Assembly: GCA_002390045.1 (NCBI GenBank)
Contig: DGSB01000061.1
Coordinates: 5,361-69,360 of the forward strand
From: Fibrobacter sp. UBA4373
Lineage (GTDB): Bacteria; Fibrobacterota; Fibrobacteria; Fibrobacterales; Fibrobacteraceae
DNA length: 64,000 bases
Reading direction: 5' to 3'
Part shown: positions 28,530 to 39,744 of the stretch, piece after piece
How the letters are laid out: each line of letters starts with the position of its first letter
Position numbering within the stretch: position 1 is the stretch's first letter
Notes under the pieces: model-generated
The model's database searches: none
Told to the model about the DNA's origin: nothing
Seen by the model: only the letters and a program-made list of their open reading frames with translations
Made by a program: the position numbers and the translations under genes

Positions 28530-30116
28530 TTACTTTGCAGCGGTAGAATCCACGACTGCAGCGGAATCCGCACTCAGTGCCACCGTCGTATCGACCGGAG
28601 CAGCCTGGGCTGCGACAGCCGCAGCCGGAGCCGGGGCAACCACAGCAGCCTTTTCAGCTGCCGGAGCGGTTTTCGGCTTCGGATCACCGAAGAAATGGAG
28701 CTGAGCAAGCACGAACATCATCAAGTACACAAGCACAAGGCCAATCACGCCAAGGGCAATACCCGACTTAGCCATGCCATTCGTATCCACATAACCCGTT
28801 GCATGAGCAAGAGCGTTAGGCGGCGTAGAAATCGGCATACTCATACCGAGAGAGCTTGCAAAAGCCACAGCCACGAGCAAAGCGGTCACGCCACCGAGCG
28901 GAGCGAGGTTGTCTGCGCAGTTCACGCCCACCACGATCAGAATCGGGACGAGGAGAGCAGCCGTTGCAGAATGGCTCATAAAGTTTGCCATAAAGAGGCA
29001 GATGACACCGCAACCCACGAGGAGCGGGAATGCAGGCCAGGTGTCAAACGGAATCGCACCGATCAAGTGAGCGGCAAGACCCGTCTTCTGAAGGCCAACG
29101 CCCAAAGCAAAGCCACCCGCCACGAGCCAAAGAACATCCCAGCTCATCGCGTTCAAATCCTTCTTCGTAATCACACCCGTGAGGGCAAAGACGGCGATAG
29201 GAATCATCGCGATGGCGTAGTCATTCACACCATGAACATTCTTACCGACGAGCCACAGAACCACGCACAAAGCAAAGGTCAAATACACAACGATCGCACG
29301 CGGGCTCTTGTCAAAGCCATCCGCACCTTCAATCTTCAAGTCCATGGACTTTGCAGAAATCGGGTAAATCTTCATAATCAAGAACCAAGCGATGAGCATC
29401 ATCACAATCACATACGGAACGCCGAAAGCCATCCACTGGCCGAAAGAAACGCTATAGCCGGCTTCATTCAAGGCACCGAGAGCAATCGTGTTCGGAGGCG
29501 TACCGATCGGAGTACCCATACCACCAATGTTTGCACCCACAGGAATTGCGAGAGCAAAAGCGGCTTTACCCTTGTCCTTTTCGTCAAAGAGTTTGAGCAC
29601 CGGAGCGAGAATAGCGAGCATCATGGCCGCGGTAGCGGTATTGCTCATGAACATCGAGAACACTGCGGTGATCATCATGAGACCAAGGAGCACGAACTTC
29701 GGATTCTTTCCGAACGGCTTCAAAAGCACACGGGCAAGGTTCAAGTCCAGCTTGTACTTGGTTGCCGCAGCAGCAAGGAAGAAACCACCCAAAAAGAGCA
29801 TAATGGTCTGATCGGACCATGTATTCATCAAAACCTTGTAGCTAATCGGTTCCACGCCTTCCACGCGGAACGGCAGGAACGAGGAATTCGACAAGGTGAG
29901 AATCATCAACACGATCACGAGCGTGGACGTTGTCCAAATGGGGAACGGTTGAAGAATCCAGTACAGGGCCGCCATCACGAAAATAGCGATCACACGGATT
30001 TCAATGGGATTGAGGGTGTTCGGACCATCAATTCCGAGGGCTTCGTACGGGACGAAGAGGGCAGCAATTGCAAGAATTGTTGCGATAATGAGTTTGATGA
30101 ATTTTGCCTTTGTCAT
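28530..30116 (-). CDS. DASS/SLC13-family di-/tricarboxylate transporter
   Basis: FMSNTATAAM, GTPIGTPPN, FMSHSAT, PISTPPNA; Ala-rich tail. Confidence 0.93.
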   Translation of the reverse strand: MTKAKFIKLIIATILAIAALFVPYEALGIDGPNTLNPIEIRVIAIFVMAALYWILQPFPIWTTSTLVIVLMILTLSNSSFLPFRVEGVEPISYKVLMNTWSDQTIMLFLGGFFLAAAATKYKLDLNLARVLLKPFGKNPKFVLLGLMMITAVFSMFMSNTATAAMMLAILAPVLKLFDEKDKGKAAFALAIPVGANIGGMGTPIGTPPNTIALGALNEAGYSVSFGQWMAFGVPYVIVMMLIAWFLIMKIYPISAKSMDLKIEGADGFDKSPRAIVVYLTFALCVVLWLVGKNVHGVNDYAIAMIPIAVFALTGVITKKDLNAMSWDVLWLVAGGFALGVGLQKTGLAAHLIGAIPFDTWPAFPLLVGCGVICLFMANFMSHSATAALLVPILIVVGVNCADNLAPLGGVTALLVAVAFASSLGMSMPISTPPNALAHATGYVDTNGMAKSGIALGVIGLVLVYLMMFVLAQLHFFGDPKPKTAPAAEKAAVVAPAPAAAVAAQAAPVDTTVALSADSAAVVDSTAAK

Positions 30117-30198
30117 GTTATATCCAGGTTATAAATAGAGCAACCGGCTCTATCAAATGACGGGCGCAAATCTAGCTATTTTAAAAGCTTGTGTAAAG

Positions 30199-32769
30199 CT
30201 ACAGAATTGTACCGATACGGTCCAAACGGAGCAGGGGCATTCCCGCATCACGGGCTTCCGAAAGCGGGATTGAAAAGTCCACTTCCCAATCGTTCAAATC
30301 TTCATCATCCTGCAAAATCTGCTGAATTTTTAAAGATTCCGCAGTCCAGACCGCTACCGTGTGCTGTAAGGAACGTCCTTCCACATCCAAACGGAAATTC
30401 CCGTGTTCCGCATGATATTCAAGCGACAGATCTTCCAAGCGCTTTTCCGTCCAAGGCACCCCTTCCGCATCGGCAAGAAGGACTCCTTCGGGCAAATCTT
30501 CCGCAAGCAGGTCCAACGCTTCGCCAAATTGACGTTTTTGAAGGAAGGAAAGGAACGAGAAAATGCGGGAACGCGTACTCGCCACAAACTTCTTTTTGTC
30601 AAGGGTGACGTCATTTGCCGCCGCATCGGCGTGGAAAGCTTTTTCCGGAGCCTGATCTTCCGCCACAAATTCCGGATTTTTGAGTTTTTCCCACTCTTCG
30701 AGAAGGCTCGAATCCGTTCTGCGGATCATTTCGTCCAAATAATCCTGGATTTCAAAAAGTTCATCATTTTTGAGTGTATCCGGCACGGTCTGCGTCAAAA
30801 CCTTATACACATAGTTGATGTGGCGCAAAAGCAGGGCTTCGGTACGGGTCAAGCCGTACTTTTTCACGTAACCGCTGAAAGTATCGAAATTTTCGATCAT
30901 TTCACGAACAATCGATTTGGGCTCCACGTTCAGATCGCCGACCCAAGGATGTTCATCCGCAAATTCATTAAAAGTCGTATAGATGAACTCGCGGAGTGGT
31001 TTCGGGTATTCTACTTTATCGAGTTCTTCCTGAAGCTTATTGTATTCCGCATGTTCCGCCTTCAGTTCCGCATAACGGGCATCCCGCGCTTTGCGCAACT
31101 GCACGCGTAAAATCGGATCCGGATTTTCAACGATCGATTCCACGAGAGAAATCACGTCCAAAGCGTAATCCGGGCTTTCTACATCCAGCTTCGGCAACGT
31201 ATCGAGCAGGTACAGCGAAAGCGGTTCGTTCATGGCAAAATCGTTCTGCAAATCGAGATTCACACGCACGTGCGCCATTCCCGGCTGCGGATTTTTCACA
31301 AATTCCACCACACTTTTTTCGACAAGGGAACGGAAAAGCTGGAAAGCGCGACTTTTCAATTCCTTTTTGCGTTTCGCGCTTTCATGGCAATCATCGATTA
31401 GCTTGCGCATGGCGGCACAGCCATCCGTTTTGCGGGAAAGCACATTGATCAGCATTCCATGCGAGACGTCGAAACGAGACTGCAAAGGCTCCGGCGGGGA
31501 TGCGATTAAACGCTGGTAGGTGCTTTCATCCCAAGGGACGTAGCCGTGCTCCGGAGGTTTCCGCTTCACAAATTTTTTACCGGTCTGAGCCGACTTTGCC
31601 GCAAGTTTCGCATTTTCGATTACATGTTCCGGAGCCTGCGCCACCACAAATCCGATATCGTCAAAGCCTTTACGGCCCGCGCGACCTGCGACCTGATGAA
31701 AATCTCTCGCCGCGAGGATTGCCGTTTTATCACCGCTGTACTTGCAAAGCTGCGTAAACAGCACCGTTCGAATCGGAACGTTCACACCGACGCCAAGCGT
31801 GTCCGTACCGCAAATGACTTTTAAAAGTCCCTTCTGCGAAAGTTTTTCCACAAGAATGCGGTACTTGGGTAAAAGCCCGGCATGATGCAATCCGATGCCT
31901 ACTTTTAAAAAGCGCTTAAATTCCGGACCGTACGGACTCGAAAATCTGAAATGGCTGATTTCCTTCGCGATGGCCGCCTTTTCTTCTTTTGAGCAGAGAT
32001 TCAAGCTGGTAAAATTTTGCGCATCTTCCGCTGCGGAAGCCTGCGTAAAATGGACGACATAAACCGGAGCTTTTCCTTCGTTGACAAGGCCCTGCACCGT
32101 CGTCGAAATTTCATTCATCGAATATTTAAAATCGAGAGGCACCGGACGCGTTTTGCTCGAAACGGTCACGCATTCTTTACCATTCAAATTCGAAAGGACC
32201 TGTTCAAAAAAGTCCGTCCGTCCCATCGTCGCGGACATCAAAAGGAAACGTGTCTGCGGAAGGGTGAGCAACGGAACTTGCCACGCGACACCGCGCTCCC
32301 TGTCGGAATAATAATGGAATTCATCCATGACGACATCTTGAATGTTCAGGTCGGAACCTTCCCCCAGTGCGCGGTTTTCGAGAATTTCCGCCGTGCAGCA
32401 AAGGATCGGGGCGTCCATGTTCACCGTAGCATCGCCTGTCGAAAGGCCCACGTTTTCCGGCCCAAATTCTTTACAAAGGGCCATCCACTTTTCATTCACT
32501 AAAGCCTTGATAGGGCATGTGTAAGCGGAACGACGTCCAAGCGAAAGACTCATGAAATGCATCGCAAGCGCGACCATCGACTTACCACTTCCCGTCGGCG
32601 TATTCAAGATTACATTCTTATCGTCAAAGAGTTCAAGAATTGCATTTTCTTGAGCTTCGTACAAATTAACGCCACGTTCTTCGGTCCACGTCAGAAAACG
32701 TCCGAGCAAATCTTCGGAAGAAAGATTTTCGCCCTTTTGCGGAAGATAGTATTGGAGAGTCTTAGCCAT
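30199..32769 (-). CDS. Ski2-like DExH helicase with DUF3516-type C-terminus
   Basis: [41 protein letters not shown]. Confidence 0.9.
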   Translation of the reverse strand: MAKTLQYYLPQKGENLSSEDLLGRFLTWTEERGVNLYEAQENAILELFDDKNVILNTPTGSGKSMVALAMHFMSLSLGRRSAYTCPIKALVNEKWMALCKEFGPENVGLSTGDATVNMDAPILCCTAEILENRALGEGSDLNIQDVVMDEFHYYSDRERGVAWQVPLLTLPQTRFLLMSATMGRTDFFEQVLSNLNGKECVTVSSKTRPVPLDFKYSMNEISTTVQGLVNEGKAPVYVVHFTQASAAEDAQNFTSLNLCSKEEKAAIAKEISHFRFSSPYGPEFKRFLKVGIGLHHAGLLPKYRILVEKLSQKGLLKVICGTDTLGVGVNVPIRTVLFTQLCKYSGDKTAILAARDFHQVAGRAGRKGFDDIGFVVAQAPEHVIENAKLAAKSAQTGKKFVKRKPPEHGYVPWDESTYQRLIASPPEPLQSRFDVSHGMLINVLSRKTDGCAAMRKLIDDCHESAKRKKELKSRAFQLFRSLVEKSVVEFVKNPQPGMAHVRVNLDLQNDFAMNEPLSLYLLDTLPKLDVESPDYALDVISLVESIVENPDPILRVQLRKARDARYAELKAEHAEYNKLQEELDKVEYPKPLREFIYTTFNEFADEHPWVGDLNVEPKSIVREMIENFDTFSGYVKKYGLTRTEALLLRHINYVYKVLTQTVPDTLKNDELFEIQDYLDEMIRRTDSSLLEEWEKLKNPEFVAEDQAPEKAFHADAAANDVTLDKKKFVASTRSRIFSFLSFLQKRQFGEALDLLAEDLPEGVLLADAEGVPWTEKRLEDLSLEYHAEHGNFRLDVEGRSLQHTVAVWTAESLKIQQILQDDEDLNDWEVDFSIPLSEARDAGMPLLRLDRIGTIL

Positions 32770-32781
32770 CGTTCGCAAATT

Positions 32782-32815
32782 AAAAAAAAGAAAGGTCGCA
32801 CAAAGAGGCGACCTT
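32782..32815 (-). terminator. Terminator after the RRM gene
   Basis: AAGGTCGC/GCGACCTT stem with a minus-strand T tract. Confidence 0.65.
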
Positions 32816-32864
32816 CCAAACGTTACAGTAAATCGAGCCTTTCGGCTATTTTCAAAAATCCTTA

Positions 32865-33131
32865 TTAGAAGCGACGAGGACGCGGTTCACGCGGACGAGC
32901 TTCATTGACGCGGAGCGGACGACCGTTCACTTCCTTGCCATTAAGCTGTTCGACTGCGTTCAGAGCCACACCGTCATCTTCGATTTCGACGAAACCGAAG
33001 CCCTTGCTGCGACCCGTATCGCGGTCCATAATGATCTTTGCGCTCTTGATTTCACCGAATTCCTCGAAGAGTTTGCCGAGGTCAGCGTCGCGGAACGCAA
33101 AGGGGAGATTACCAACATAAATGCTTTTCAT
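32865..33131 (-). CDS. RRM-domain RNA-binding protein
   Basis: IYVGNL (RNP2), KGFGFVE (RNP1), LRVNEARPR. Confidence 0.96.
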   Translation of the reverse strand: MKSIYVGNLPFAFRDADLGKLFEEFGEIKSAKIIMDRDTGRSKGFGFVEIEDDGVALNAVEQLNGKEVNGRPLRVNEARPREPRPRRF

Positions 33132-33172
33132 AATTAATCCAGGCTGTTAAATAAGCCTAAGAGAATAATAGC

Positions 33173-34075
33173 TCAATTTCTTGAGATTGAAAAGATTTTT
33201 TTTGGAAACAAATGGCAGATTTCACAGCGATTCTTTCCTGGGGGAATCCCCTGGAACCGATTTTCCGGATCCGGGCAAGGTTCTACCAAGCCATCCGGCA
33301 AAACCCAGAGTTCTCGTCCTAAGAAAGGGCATTCGGAAATAGGTGCACACCGCGTCGCCGGGTAAAGAAAAGTGCCTTCGAGTTTTACAGGCAAAGTTGC
33401 GGATTTCGAAACATCCCAAAAATCGTCCGGCGAAAGCTGTTCCTCTTTCTGCAAGGCTTCCGAATGCGAAAGGAATACCGCCCGGTTGAGTTTCACCCGA
33501 TCGATGCCCCATTCAAGAGCTCGTTCGATCACCTGTTCCACGTCACCCCGGTTCGTGCGGGAAACCGCCATCTGAAGTGAAATTTGCGAAAGCGGTCTTG
33601 CAGAATCCTGGGAAAGTTCTCGACGTGTTTCCACCAGCGTTTTAAGGTTCTGCCAATATACGTGGGCATCCATTCCGGGAGAAAGAACATCCCAGCTTTG
33701 GGGCGAGGCTCCCCAACAGCTCACCTTGATATCGTTTGAAATCGGAAGCAGTTCCTTGGCCCAGGCCAAAGCTCCCTTCCGCGGGAACGAACCGTTTGTC
33801 GTCACGTTCAAACGAATTCCGAGTTCCTGGACGAGCTGTTCCAGCTTTTCGAAATGCGTATAAAGTAACGGTTCCCCCATCGTACTCGGAATCACTTCCC
33901 GGACGCCCTTAGCCGCATAAGTACGCACCGCACGCTCCGCCACTTCCCAGGGCATTTCTCCTTTGCCAAAAGAACGCCCCCGCTGATTCAGAAAGCACAA
34001 TCGACAGTGCAAATTGCACACGTCCGGATTTGTGAGGAGCGTTATTCGCCAAAGGCTGTTCGGAATCGGTTCCAT
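33173..34075 (-). CDS. Radical SAM protein with short SPASM/twitch-like tail
   Basis: CNLHCRLC, MGEPLL, TTNG, C-terminal CPF..DG..PC..CEIC; start at MEPIPN. Confidence 0.85.
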   Translation of the reverse strand: MEPIPNSLWRITLLTNPDVCNLHCRLCFLNQRGRSFGKGEMPWEVAERAVRTYAAKGVREVIPSTMGEPLLYTHFEKLEQLVQELGIRLNVTTNGSFPRKGALAWAKELLPISNDIKVSCWGASPQSWDVLSPGMDAHVYWQNLKTLVETRRELSQDSARPLSQISLQMAVSRTNRGDVEQVIERALEWGIDRVKLNRAVFLSHSEALQKEEQLSPDDFWDVSKSATLPVKLEGTFLYPATRCAPISECPFLGRELWVLPDGLVEPCPDPENRFQGIPPGKNRCEICHLFPKKIFSISRN

Positions 34076-34090
34076 TTTTCTGAATTGTAC

Positions 34091-34121
34091 AAAAAAGGCT
34101 CCCACCGAGGGGAGCCTTTTC
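34091..34121 (-). terminator. Intrinsic terminator
   Basis: AAAAAAGGCTCCC..GGGAGCCTTTT. Confidence 0.8.
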
Positions 34122-34142
34122 AAGAGAGTAGCTTACAAACGC

Positions 34143-35153
34143 CTAGTTAATGCCCAAAACGGTCAACGTCATCGAGAGATTGCTCGTTCCGACGTTCACC
34201 ACTTCGTGCGGGAGGATCACGAAGAAGCCTTCGCCTGTTGCCGCATTATACTTGGAAGTGATCACCACGTAAGAAGTCACCGTTTCGAATTCGCTTGCGG
34301 AAATGGTGAGAGCAGACGAGTTATACTTAAAGTCGCTCACGTGGCAAGGATCATTGAACGAAACGTAGTCGAAGCCGCTACGGGTTTCTTCTGCAATCAT
34401 CGAAGCGTCTACCACATTGCCATCTTCAATCGCTGCATTCGTGTAGAGGACTGCAGAACGGGCTTCGCGTGCAATGTAAAGGTCGATATCTGCGGCATTC
34501 GCCACAAGTTCGGTGCTCAAATAGGTCTTCTTGGAATCCAAGTCCACGCCAACGGCTTCCGTTGCGCTGGTCGAAAGGGTCACTTCCCATGCGGTAAGAG
34601 TCGGATCTTCCGAAGCTTCCGCAGAGCTGCTGGATTCTTCCACCGAGCACTGTCCAACGGAACGATCAAAAGTCGTGGACGCGGTCGTCACCAGCTTCAA
34701 GTCGTTGTTATGACCGTAAACAATCAAATATACGGTAAAGGAGCCGCATTCCGCCATCGACGAAACGTCGAGAGACGGGTTCAAGACAGAACCGATCGAA
34801 AGCATCGGAACCGATTCCGTAATCTGCGTAAAGCTAAAATCCGAAGACGAAGCATAACCGCTTTCGTTTCCAAGCTTAAACTGTACGGAGTCGATGACCG
34901 TCGAAGTATCCACGCTCAAAACCGCCGCCACGGCACCCGTAAACTTCACCGTTGTCGACGTCGAATAAGAGGCGCTAAAGTTCGAAACCGTGATCAAAGA
35001 ATCGCCGTTGGATTCCGGGAGAACAATCTGTTCTGCACTGCTGCTCGAGCTGTCTCCGTTTTCCGGACCCGAAGAAGACGATTCGCTACCGCATGCAACA
35101 AGCCCAAAAGTCGCCATCGCACTTAAGGCCAACCACAATTTCTTAAAATTCAT
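34143..35153 (-). CDS. Acidic Ser-rich lipoprotein
   Basis: GAGGAG SD, MNFKK..LVAC lipobox, poly-Ser linkers between two beta-rich domains. Confidence 0.8.
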   Translation of the reverse strand: MNFKKLWLALSAMATFGLVACGSESSSSGPENGDSSSSSAEQIVLPESNGDSLITVSNFSASYSTSTTVKFTGAVAAVLSVDTSTVIDSVQFKLGNESGYASSSDFSFTQITESVPMLSIGSVLNPSLDVSSMAECGSFTVYLIVYGHNNDLKLVTTASTTFDRSVGQCSVEESSSSAEASEDPTLTAWEVTLSTSATEAVGVDLDSKKTYLSTELVANAADIDLYIAREARSAVLYTNAAIEDGNVVDASMIAEETRSGFDYVSFNDPCHVSDFKYNSSALTISASEFETVTSYVVITSKYNAATGEGFFVILPHEVVNVGTSNLSMTLTVLGIN

Positions 35154-35224
35154 ATGACTCCTCTTTGTCAGTTTCTTGTGAAAATACACTATTTTTTGCC
35201 CAAAAGAGCATAAGTAAAGAGGAT

Positions 35225-37381
35225 TTAATCCTTTCGGTCGCGAATAATATCGCGCAACCTGGCCGCTTCTTCAAAATCAAGTCGAGCCGCAGCGGCCTTC
35301 ATCTTGGCCTCCAGCTCTTCAATCGTCGCATTTTCATCCGAATCATCTGCTTCCGGAGGGCTAGAAAGTGCTGATTTTTTGCCTTTTTTAGACTTTTTGC
35401 CCTTCCCCATGATCTCGCTCAGCGGATCGGCCATTTCCAGTTCATCGTCCAGTTTACGGCTAACGGACTTCGGAACAATCCCATGTTCGGCGTTAAAAGC
35501 CTCCTGAACTTCACGGCGGCGACGGGTTTCAGCGAGAGCCTTGTCGAGACTTTCCGTCATGACGTCGGCAAAAAGGATGACCGTTCCGTTTACATTGCGA
35601 CTGGCACGTCCCATCGTCTGAATGAGACTGCGGTAATTGCGCAAAAAGCCTTCCTTGTCCGCATCGAGAATGGCGACCAGGGAAACTTCCGGCAGGTCCA
35701 AACCTTCACGCAAAAGGTTAATGCCCACGAGCACATCGAAATCGCCCTTGCGAAGGCCGCGCAAAAGCTTGTGCCGTTCCAAGGTTTTGATTTCACTGTG
35801 CAAATAACGCGCCTTGACGTTGACCGAAACAAGAAAGTCGGTCAAATCCTGCGCCATTTTCTTTGTCAGGGTCGTCACCAGCACGCGTTCGCCCCGGGCA
35901 GTCACTTCCGAAATGCGTTTCAAAAGCACATCCATCTGGCCTTTGACTGGATACATTTCGATTTTCGGATCGAGAAGGCCTGTCGGGCGGTTAATCTGTT
36001 CGACTACGGCGCCACCCGTTTTTTCAAGTTCATATTCGCCCGGTGTCGCACTGACAAAAAGTACCTGCTGCGGATATGTCGCTTCAAATTCGTCAAAGTT
36101 CATCGGGCGGTTATCCAGCGCACACGGCAAGCGGAATCCGTACTGCACCAAATTCGTCTTACGAGATTTGTCCCCTTCCGACATCCCACCAATCTGCGGA
36201 ACGCTCACATGGCTTTCATCAATCATCAAAAGCCAATCATCGCCAAAGTAATCCAAAAGCGTAAACGGCCGCGTTCCCGGAAGTCGCTGTTCCACGATCC
36301 GCGAGTAGTTTTCAATGCCCGAGCAAATGCCCGTGGCACGAATCATTTCCATATCATACTTGGTACGGCTTTCCAGTCGAGCTCTTGCAAGAACCCGGGC
36401 GTCCGCTTCCGAAGTATTTCCCGATTTTCGGAACGCCGCTTCTTCTTTCGTCAGTTGGTCAAGCCTTGCCGTCAATTCAATTTGGATATCTTGAGCGATG
36501 CGTTCCCGGGTATCTTCGCGCGTCACAAAGTGGCGCGCCGGCGCAATGCGAACGTCCTTCAATTCTTGTTTGACTTCACCTGTCACCAAGTCAAAACGCG
36601 AAATCCGATCGATTTCATCGCCAAAAAGTTCAATCCGAATTCCTTCATCATCGTAGCTTGGATAAACTTCGATTACATCCCCACGCACTCGGAACGATCC
36701 GCGTTCTAACGCAAAATCATTTCGCTGGTACTGAATATGCACCAGCTGCATCAAAATCTGATCGCGTTCCATCACTTGGCCCACTTTCAATCGGACCATC
36801 AAATCGAAATATTCCCGCGGAGATCCCAAGCCATAAATACAGCTCACGCTTGCCACGATAATCGTATCGCGTCGCGTCAATAAATTGCTCGTTGCGCGCA
36901 GACGGAGCTTATCAATTTCATCATTGATTGCCGCATCCTTTTCAATGTAAGTATCCGTGTGGACGATGTAAGCTTCCGGCTGATAATAGTCGTAATAGCT
37001 CACAAAATATTCGACGGCATTATTCGGAAAGAATGTCTTGAATTCCTGATAGAGCTGTGCCGCGAGCGTTTTGTTATGCGTCAAGACAAGAGTCGGCTTC
37101 CCGACGTTCTTGATCACATTCGCCATGGTGAATGTTTTGCCGGAGCCTGTTACCCCGAGCAAGCACTGAAAACGTTCGCCGCGTTCAAAGCCTTCGGTCA
37201 AATCGCGAATGGCGGCAGGCTGATCGCCGGCAGCGCCATAGGCGCTTTGCAAATCGAAATTAGCACGGGTCGGTTCCAAGAACTGCGGAAGCTCTCCCGG
37301 TTTACTTTGTTCCGGGGAAAGTTTTTTCAACAGGGGTTTTTGATACGGATCCGGACGGATCGATTTACGTGCACGTGCCAT
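35225..37381 (-). CDS. uvrB: Excinuclease ABC subunit B
   Basis: [35 protein letters not shown]-terminal UVR domain. Confidence 0.98.
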   Translation of the reverse strand: MARARKSIRPDPYQKPLLKKLSPEQSKPGELPQFLEPTRANFDLQSAYGAAGDQPAAIRDLTEGFERGERFQCLLGVTGSGKTFTMANVIKNVGKPTLVLTHNKTLAAQLYQEFKTFFPNNAVEYFVSYYDYYQPEAYIVHTDTYIEKDAAINDEIDKLRLRATSNLLTRRDTIIVASVSCIYGLGSPREYFDLMVRLKVGQVMERDQILMQLVHIQYQRNDFALERGSFRVRGDVIEVYPSYDDEGIRIELFGDEIDRISRFDLVTGEVKQELKDVRIAPARHFVTREDTRERIAQDIQIELTARLDQLTKEEAAFRKSGNTSEADARVLARARLESRTKYDMEMIRATGICSGIENYSRIVEQRLPGTRPFTLLDYFGDDWLLMIDESHVSVPQIGGMSEGDKSRKTNLVQYGFRLPCALDNRPMNFDEFEATYPQQVLFVSATPGEYELEKTGGAVVEQINRPTGLLDPKIEMYPVKGQMDVLLKRISEVTARGERVLVTTLTKKMAQDLTDFLVSVNVKARYLHSEIKTLERHKLLRGLRKGDFDVLVGINLLREGLDLPEVSLVAILDADKEGFLRNYRSLIQTMGRASRNVNGTVILFADVMTESLDKALAETRRRREVQEAFNAEHGIVPKSVSRKLDDELEMADPLSEIMGKGKKSKKGKKSALSSPPEADDSDENATIEELEAKMKAAAARLDFEEAARLRDIIRDRKD

Positions 37382-37491
37382 TATTCCATAATCTAGAAAA
37401 TTCAAATTTTTTATGACGGAAGGTGGAATTTTTCGATCGTTAAGCGTCTTTAAAAAGAACGTTCCCGCTCATTTTGCATTGGAGGCTTGGA

Positions 37492-37950
37492 ATGGAAATT
37501 CTCGGAAACCGAAAACTTTGGGAAGAACCTAAAATTGCGATTTTTATTTCGCGAAAGGCTAAAAAAGAATTCGTACAGAAAGTAATCGAATGGATGAAAT
37601 CCGTCCCTAACGATGTCTGCTTTATCGGACCGTTCCATTCCCAGGCCGAAAAGTGTTTTTTGCATCACGTTCTGCAAAACGGCGGAAAGGCGGTTTCCCT
37701 TTTTGGAAAATCCCTGCCCGAAACACTCAGCCGCGAAGAAGACCGCGCCATCGACGAAGGAAGACTTCTCCTGGTCAGCTTTTTTCACCGGGAACACTTT
37801 AACGCGGCGACAAACCGCCTTGTCAATGACGTCGCCGCATCACACGCCAAAGCGATTCTCTTTGGCCAAATTTCTTACGACAGTTTTCTTTACCCTTTTT
37901 ACAAAAGAATTTGCGAAAAACGGAAAGACGATGTAAAACTGATTTCCTAA
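37492..37950 (+). CDS. Short DprA/Smf-like Rossmann-fold protein
   Basis: GNRKL..AIFISRK, GPFHSQAEK, GRLLLVS; GGAGG SD. Confidence 0.65.
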   Translation: MEILGNRKLWEEPKIAIFISRKAKKEFVQKVIEWMKSVPNDVCFIGPFHSQAEKCFLHHVLQNGGKAVSLFGKSLPETLSREEDRAIDEGRLLLVSFFHREHFNAATNRLVNDVAASHAKAILFGQISYDSFLYPFYKRICEKRKDDVKLIS

Positions 37951-37952
37951 AA

Positions 37953-39047
37953 TCATTCCATTTCGATTTTGGAATTGGTTTCAAACGGCAAATCTTCGGC
38001 CCTAGGCGTCGCCACAAAAACCTGGCACTGTTTTTCGCGGATGACATCGGCAACGGCTCCACGACGGTTTTTGTCGAGTTCGGCAAAGATATCGTCCAAA
38101 AGCAGAACAGGCTTTACCAAATGCGCACTTGCAAGGTCCGAAGCCGCAAGCCTTAAAGCGATCGTAACACTGCGGCACTGCCCTTGGGAACCGGACGATC
38201 GCATTTCATGACCATGCAAAGAGAGCAAAAGATCGTCCTTGTGAGGCCCGGCAAGAGAAATGCCCTGCATCCGTTCCGCCATATCCAGCGTGTCCATCTT
38301 TTCGGCAAAAGCATTCCGCAACGATTCTTCCGAAGCGCCTTCCTTCGCTACGGAACTTTTATAGGCAACCGAAACCTCATCGCCCTTACCGGCAAGCATT
38401 TCATAGTAGGCGCTTACCGCTGGCGCAATTTCTTTCACCAGTTCCAAGCGTTCCTTCCAGACGGCTACCGCCAAGTCGATCAGCTGGCCCGTGAGAACCG
38501 AAAACAGTTCTTCTCCACCCACCGCATCACCAAGCTTATTTTGCTTAAGCCATTGGTTGCGTTCAGCAAGGACTCGCCGGTATCGGCGAAGCAAGTCCGC
38601 ATTTCGCGCATGGCGAAAACATAAAAGTTCATCCAAATAGCGGCGTCGAATTTCAGGAGCCCCGCGTGCCATTTCCATGTCGGCAGGTTGCATAATGACA
38701 GCCGGAATCGTTCCAAAAAAAGAGCCTACGCCTTTACAAAGAACGCCATCTTTTTTGGCAGTCGTCCCCTTGGTGCGGTGCACCGAAAGAGCCCGTTCAT
38801 AAACGCGTTCCGAAGAGGCGGATTCCGCCAGTTCCCCGCGCAAAATCAATTCGGGATTTTGCCATTCGATTAAATCCGAAAGCGTGTGCGTGCGAAAAGA
38901 ATAGCCTTCACAGAGCAAATGAATCGCTTCCAAAAGCGACGTTTTGCCGACTCCGTTTTTTCCGCAAATGACAGTGATTCCGTCACCAAATTCCCAATGG
39001 CCTTCATGCAAATTGCGCAAGGATAAAAGGGAAAGGGAACGGATCAT
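37953..39047 (-). CDS. recF: DNA replication/repair protein RecF
   Basis: GKNGVGKTSLLEAI, GPHKDDL, GSQGQ, LLLDDIFAELD. Confidence 0.96.
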   Translation of the reverse strand: MIRSLSLLSLRNLHEGHWEFGDGITVICGKNGVGKTSLLEAIHLLCEGYSFRTHTLSDLIEWQNPELILRGELAESASSERVYERALSVHRTKGTTAKKDGVLCKGVGSFFGTIPAVIMQPADMEMARGAPEIRRRYLDELLCFRHARNADLLRRYRRVLAERNQWLKQNKLGDAVGGEELFSVLTGQLIDLAVAVWKERLELVKEIAPAVSAYYEMLAGKGDEVSVAYKSSVAKEGASEESLRNAFAEKMDTLDMAERMQGISLAGPHKDDLLLSLHGHEMRSSGSQGQCRSVTIALRLAASDLASAHLVKPVLLLDDIFAELDKNRRGAVADVIREKQCQVFVATPRAEDLPFETNSKIEME

Positions 39048-39052
39048 CGAGA

Positions 39053-39709
39053 TTACTTTTTATTTAAAATGCCATGAACAATCAGATCATGGAACATGTC
39101 TCTGAATTCGCCCACCCGGATTCCATTTGCTTCACCGATCTTGAACGTATGAGCATCCAACACGGCACCGTGGAAAGCCGAAAGAATTGCGTATGCCGTC
39201 ACTTCTACGTTCTTCACCATAAATTCGCCCGAACGAATTCCATATTCGAGCACCAGGCGGATGTAATTGAACGCCGGAGTCAAAATGCTTTTCATATAGA
39301 AGTCCGAAAGCTGCGGAAAATTCGATGCTTCGGCACTGATGAGTTTCGGAACGCCCGAAATTTTACTTTCGCCGCCAACGGCATCCCACCATTTTTCAAT
39401 CAAGATGAAAAGAAGATCAACCGCCGAACCTTTGTACTTGCCAAGGATTTTGTCCGCATCGTAGAAAACCGGTCTCAAGGCTTTCATCACGACTTCTTGC
39501 AGAATCGCTTCCTTGTTTTTGTAATAGACATACAATGTACCAGGAGTCACTCCGGCTTTCCGGGCAATCTGGCTGACCTTCGTCGCCGCAAAACCCTGTT
39601 TGACAAAAAGTTCAAGCGCCGCATCCAAAATTTCTTGCGGGCGATCTTCCTTTTTTCGCTGCCAACGCGGACCGGACTTGACCGGGGTTTCTTCAAATTC
39701 TTCTGCCAT
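39053..39709 (-). CDS. TetR/AcrR-family regulator
   Basis: ILDAALELF..GF..IARKAGV..GTLYVYYKNKE. Confidence 0.93.
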   Translation of the reverse strand: MAEEFEETPVKSGPRWQRKKEDRPQEILDAALELFVKQGFAATKVSQIARKAGVTPGTLYVYYKNKEAILQEVVMKALRPVFYDADKILGKYKGSAVDLLFILIEKWWDAVGGESKISGVPKLISAEASNFPQLSDFYMKSILTPAFNYIRLVLEYGIRSGEFMVKNVEVTAYAILSAFHGAVLDAHTFKIGEANGIRVGEFRDMFHDLIVHGILNKK

Positions 39710-39744
39710 AGTTCTTAAAAATTAGCTTAATTAACCTTTTTCGG

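Noticed and set aside
28512-30134. 540-aa plus-strand ORF
   Set aside because: Antisense shadow of the codon-biased DASS transporter
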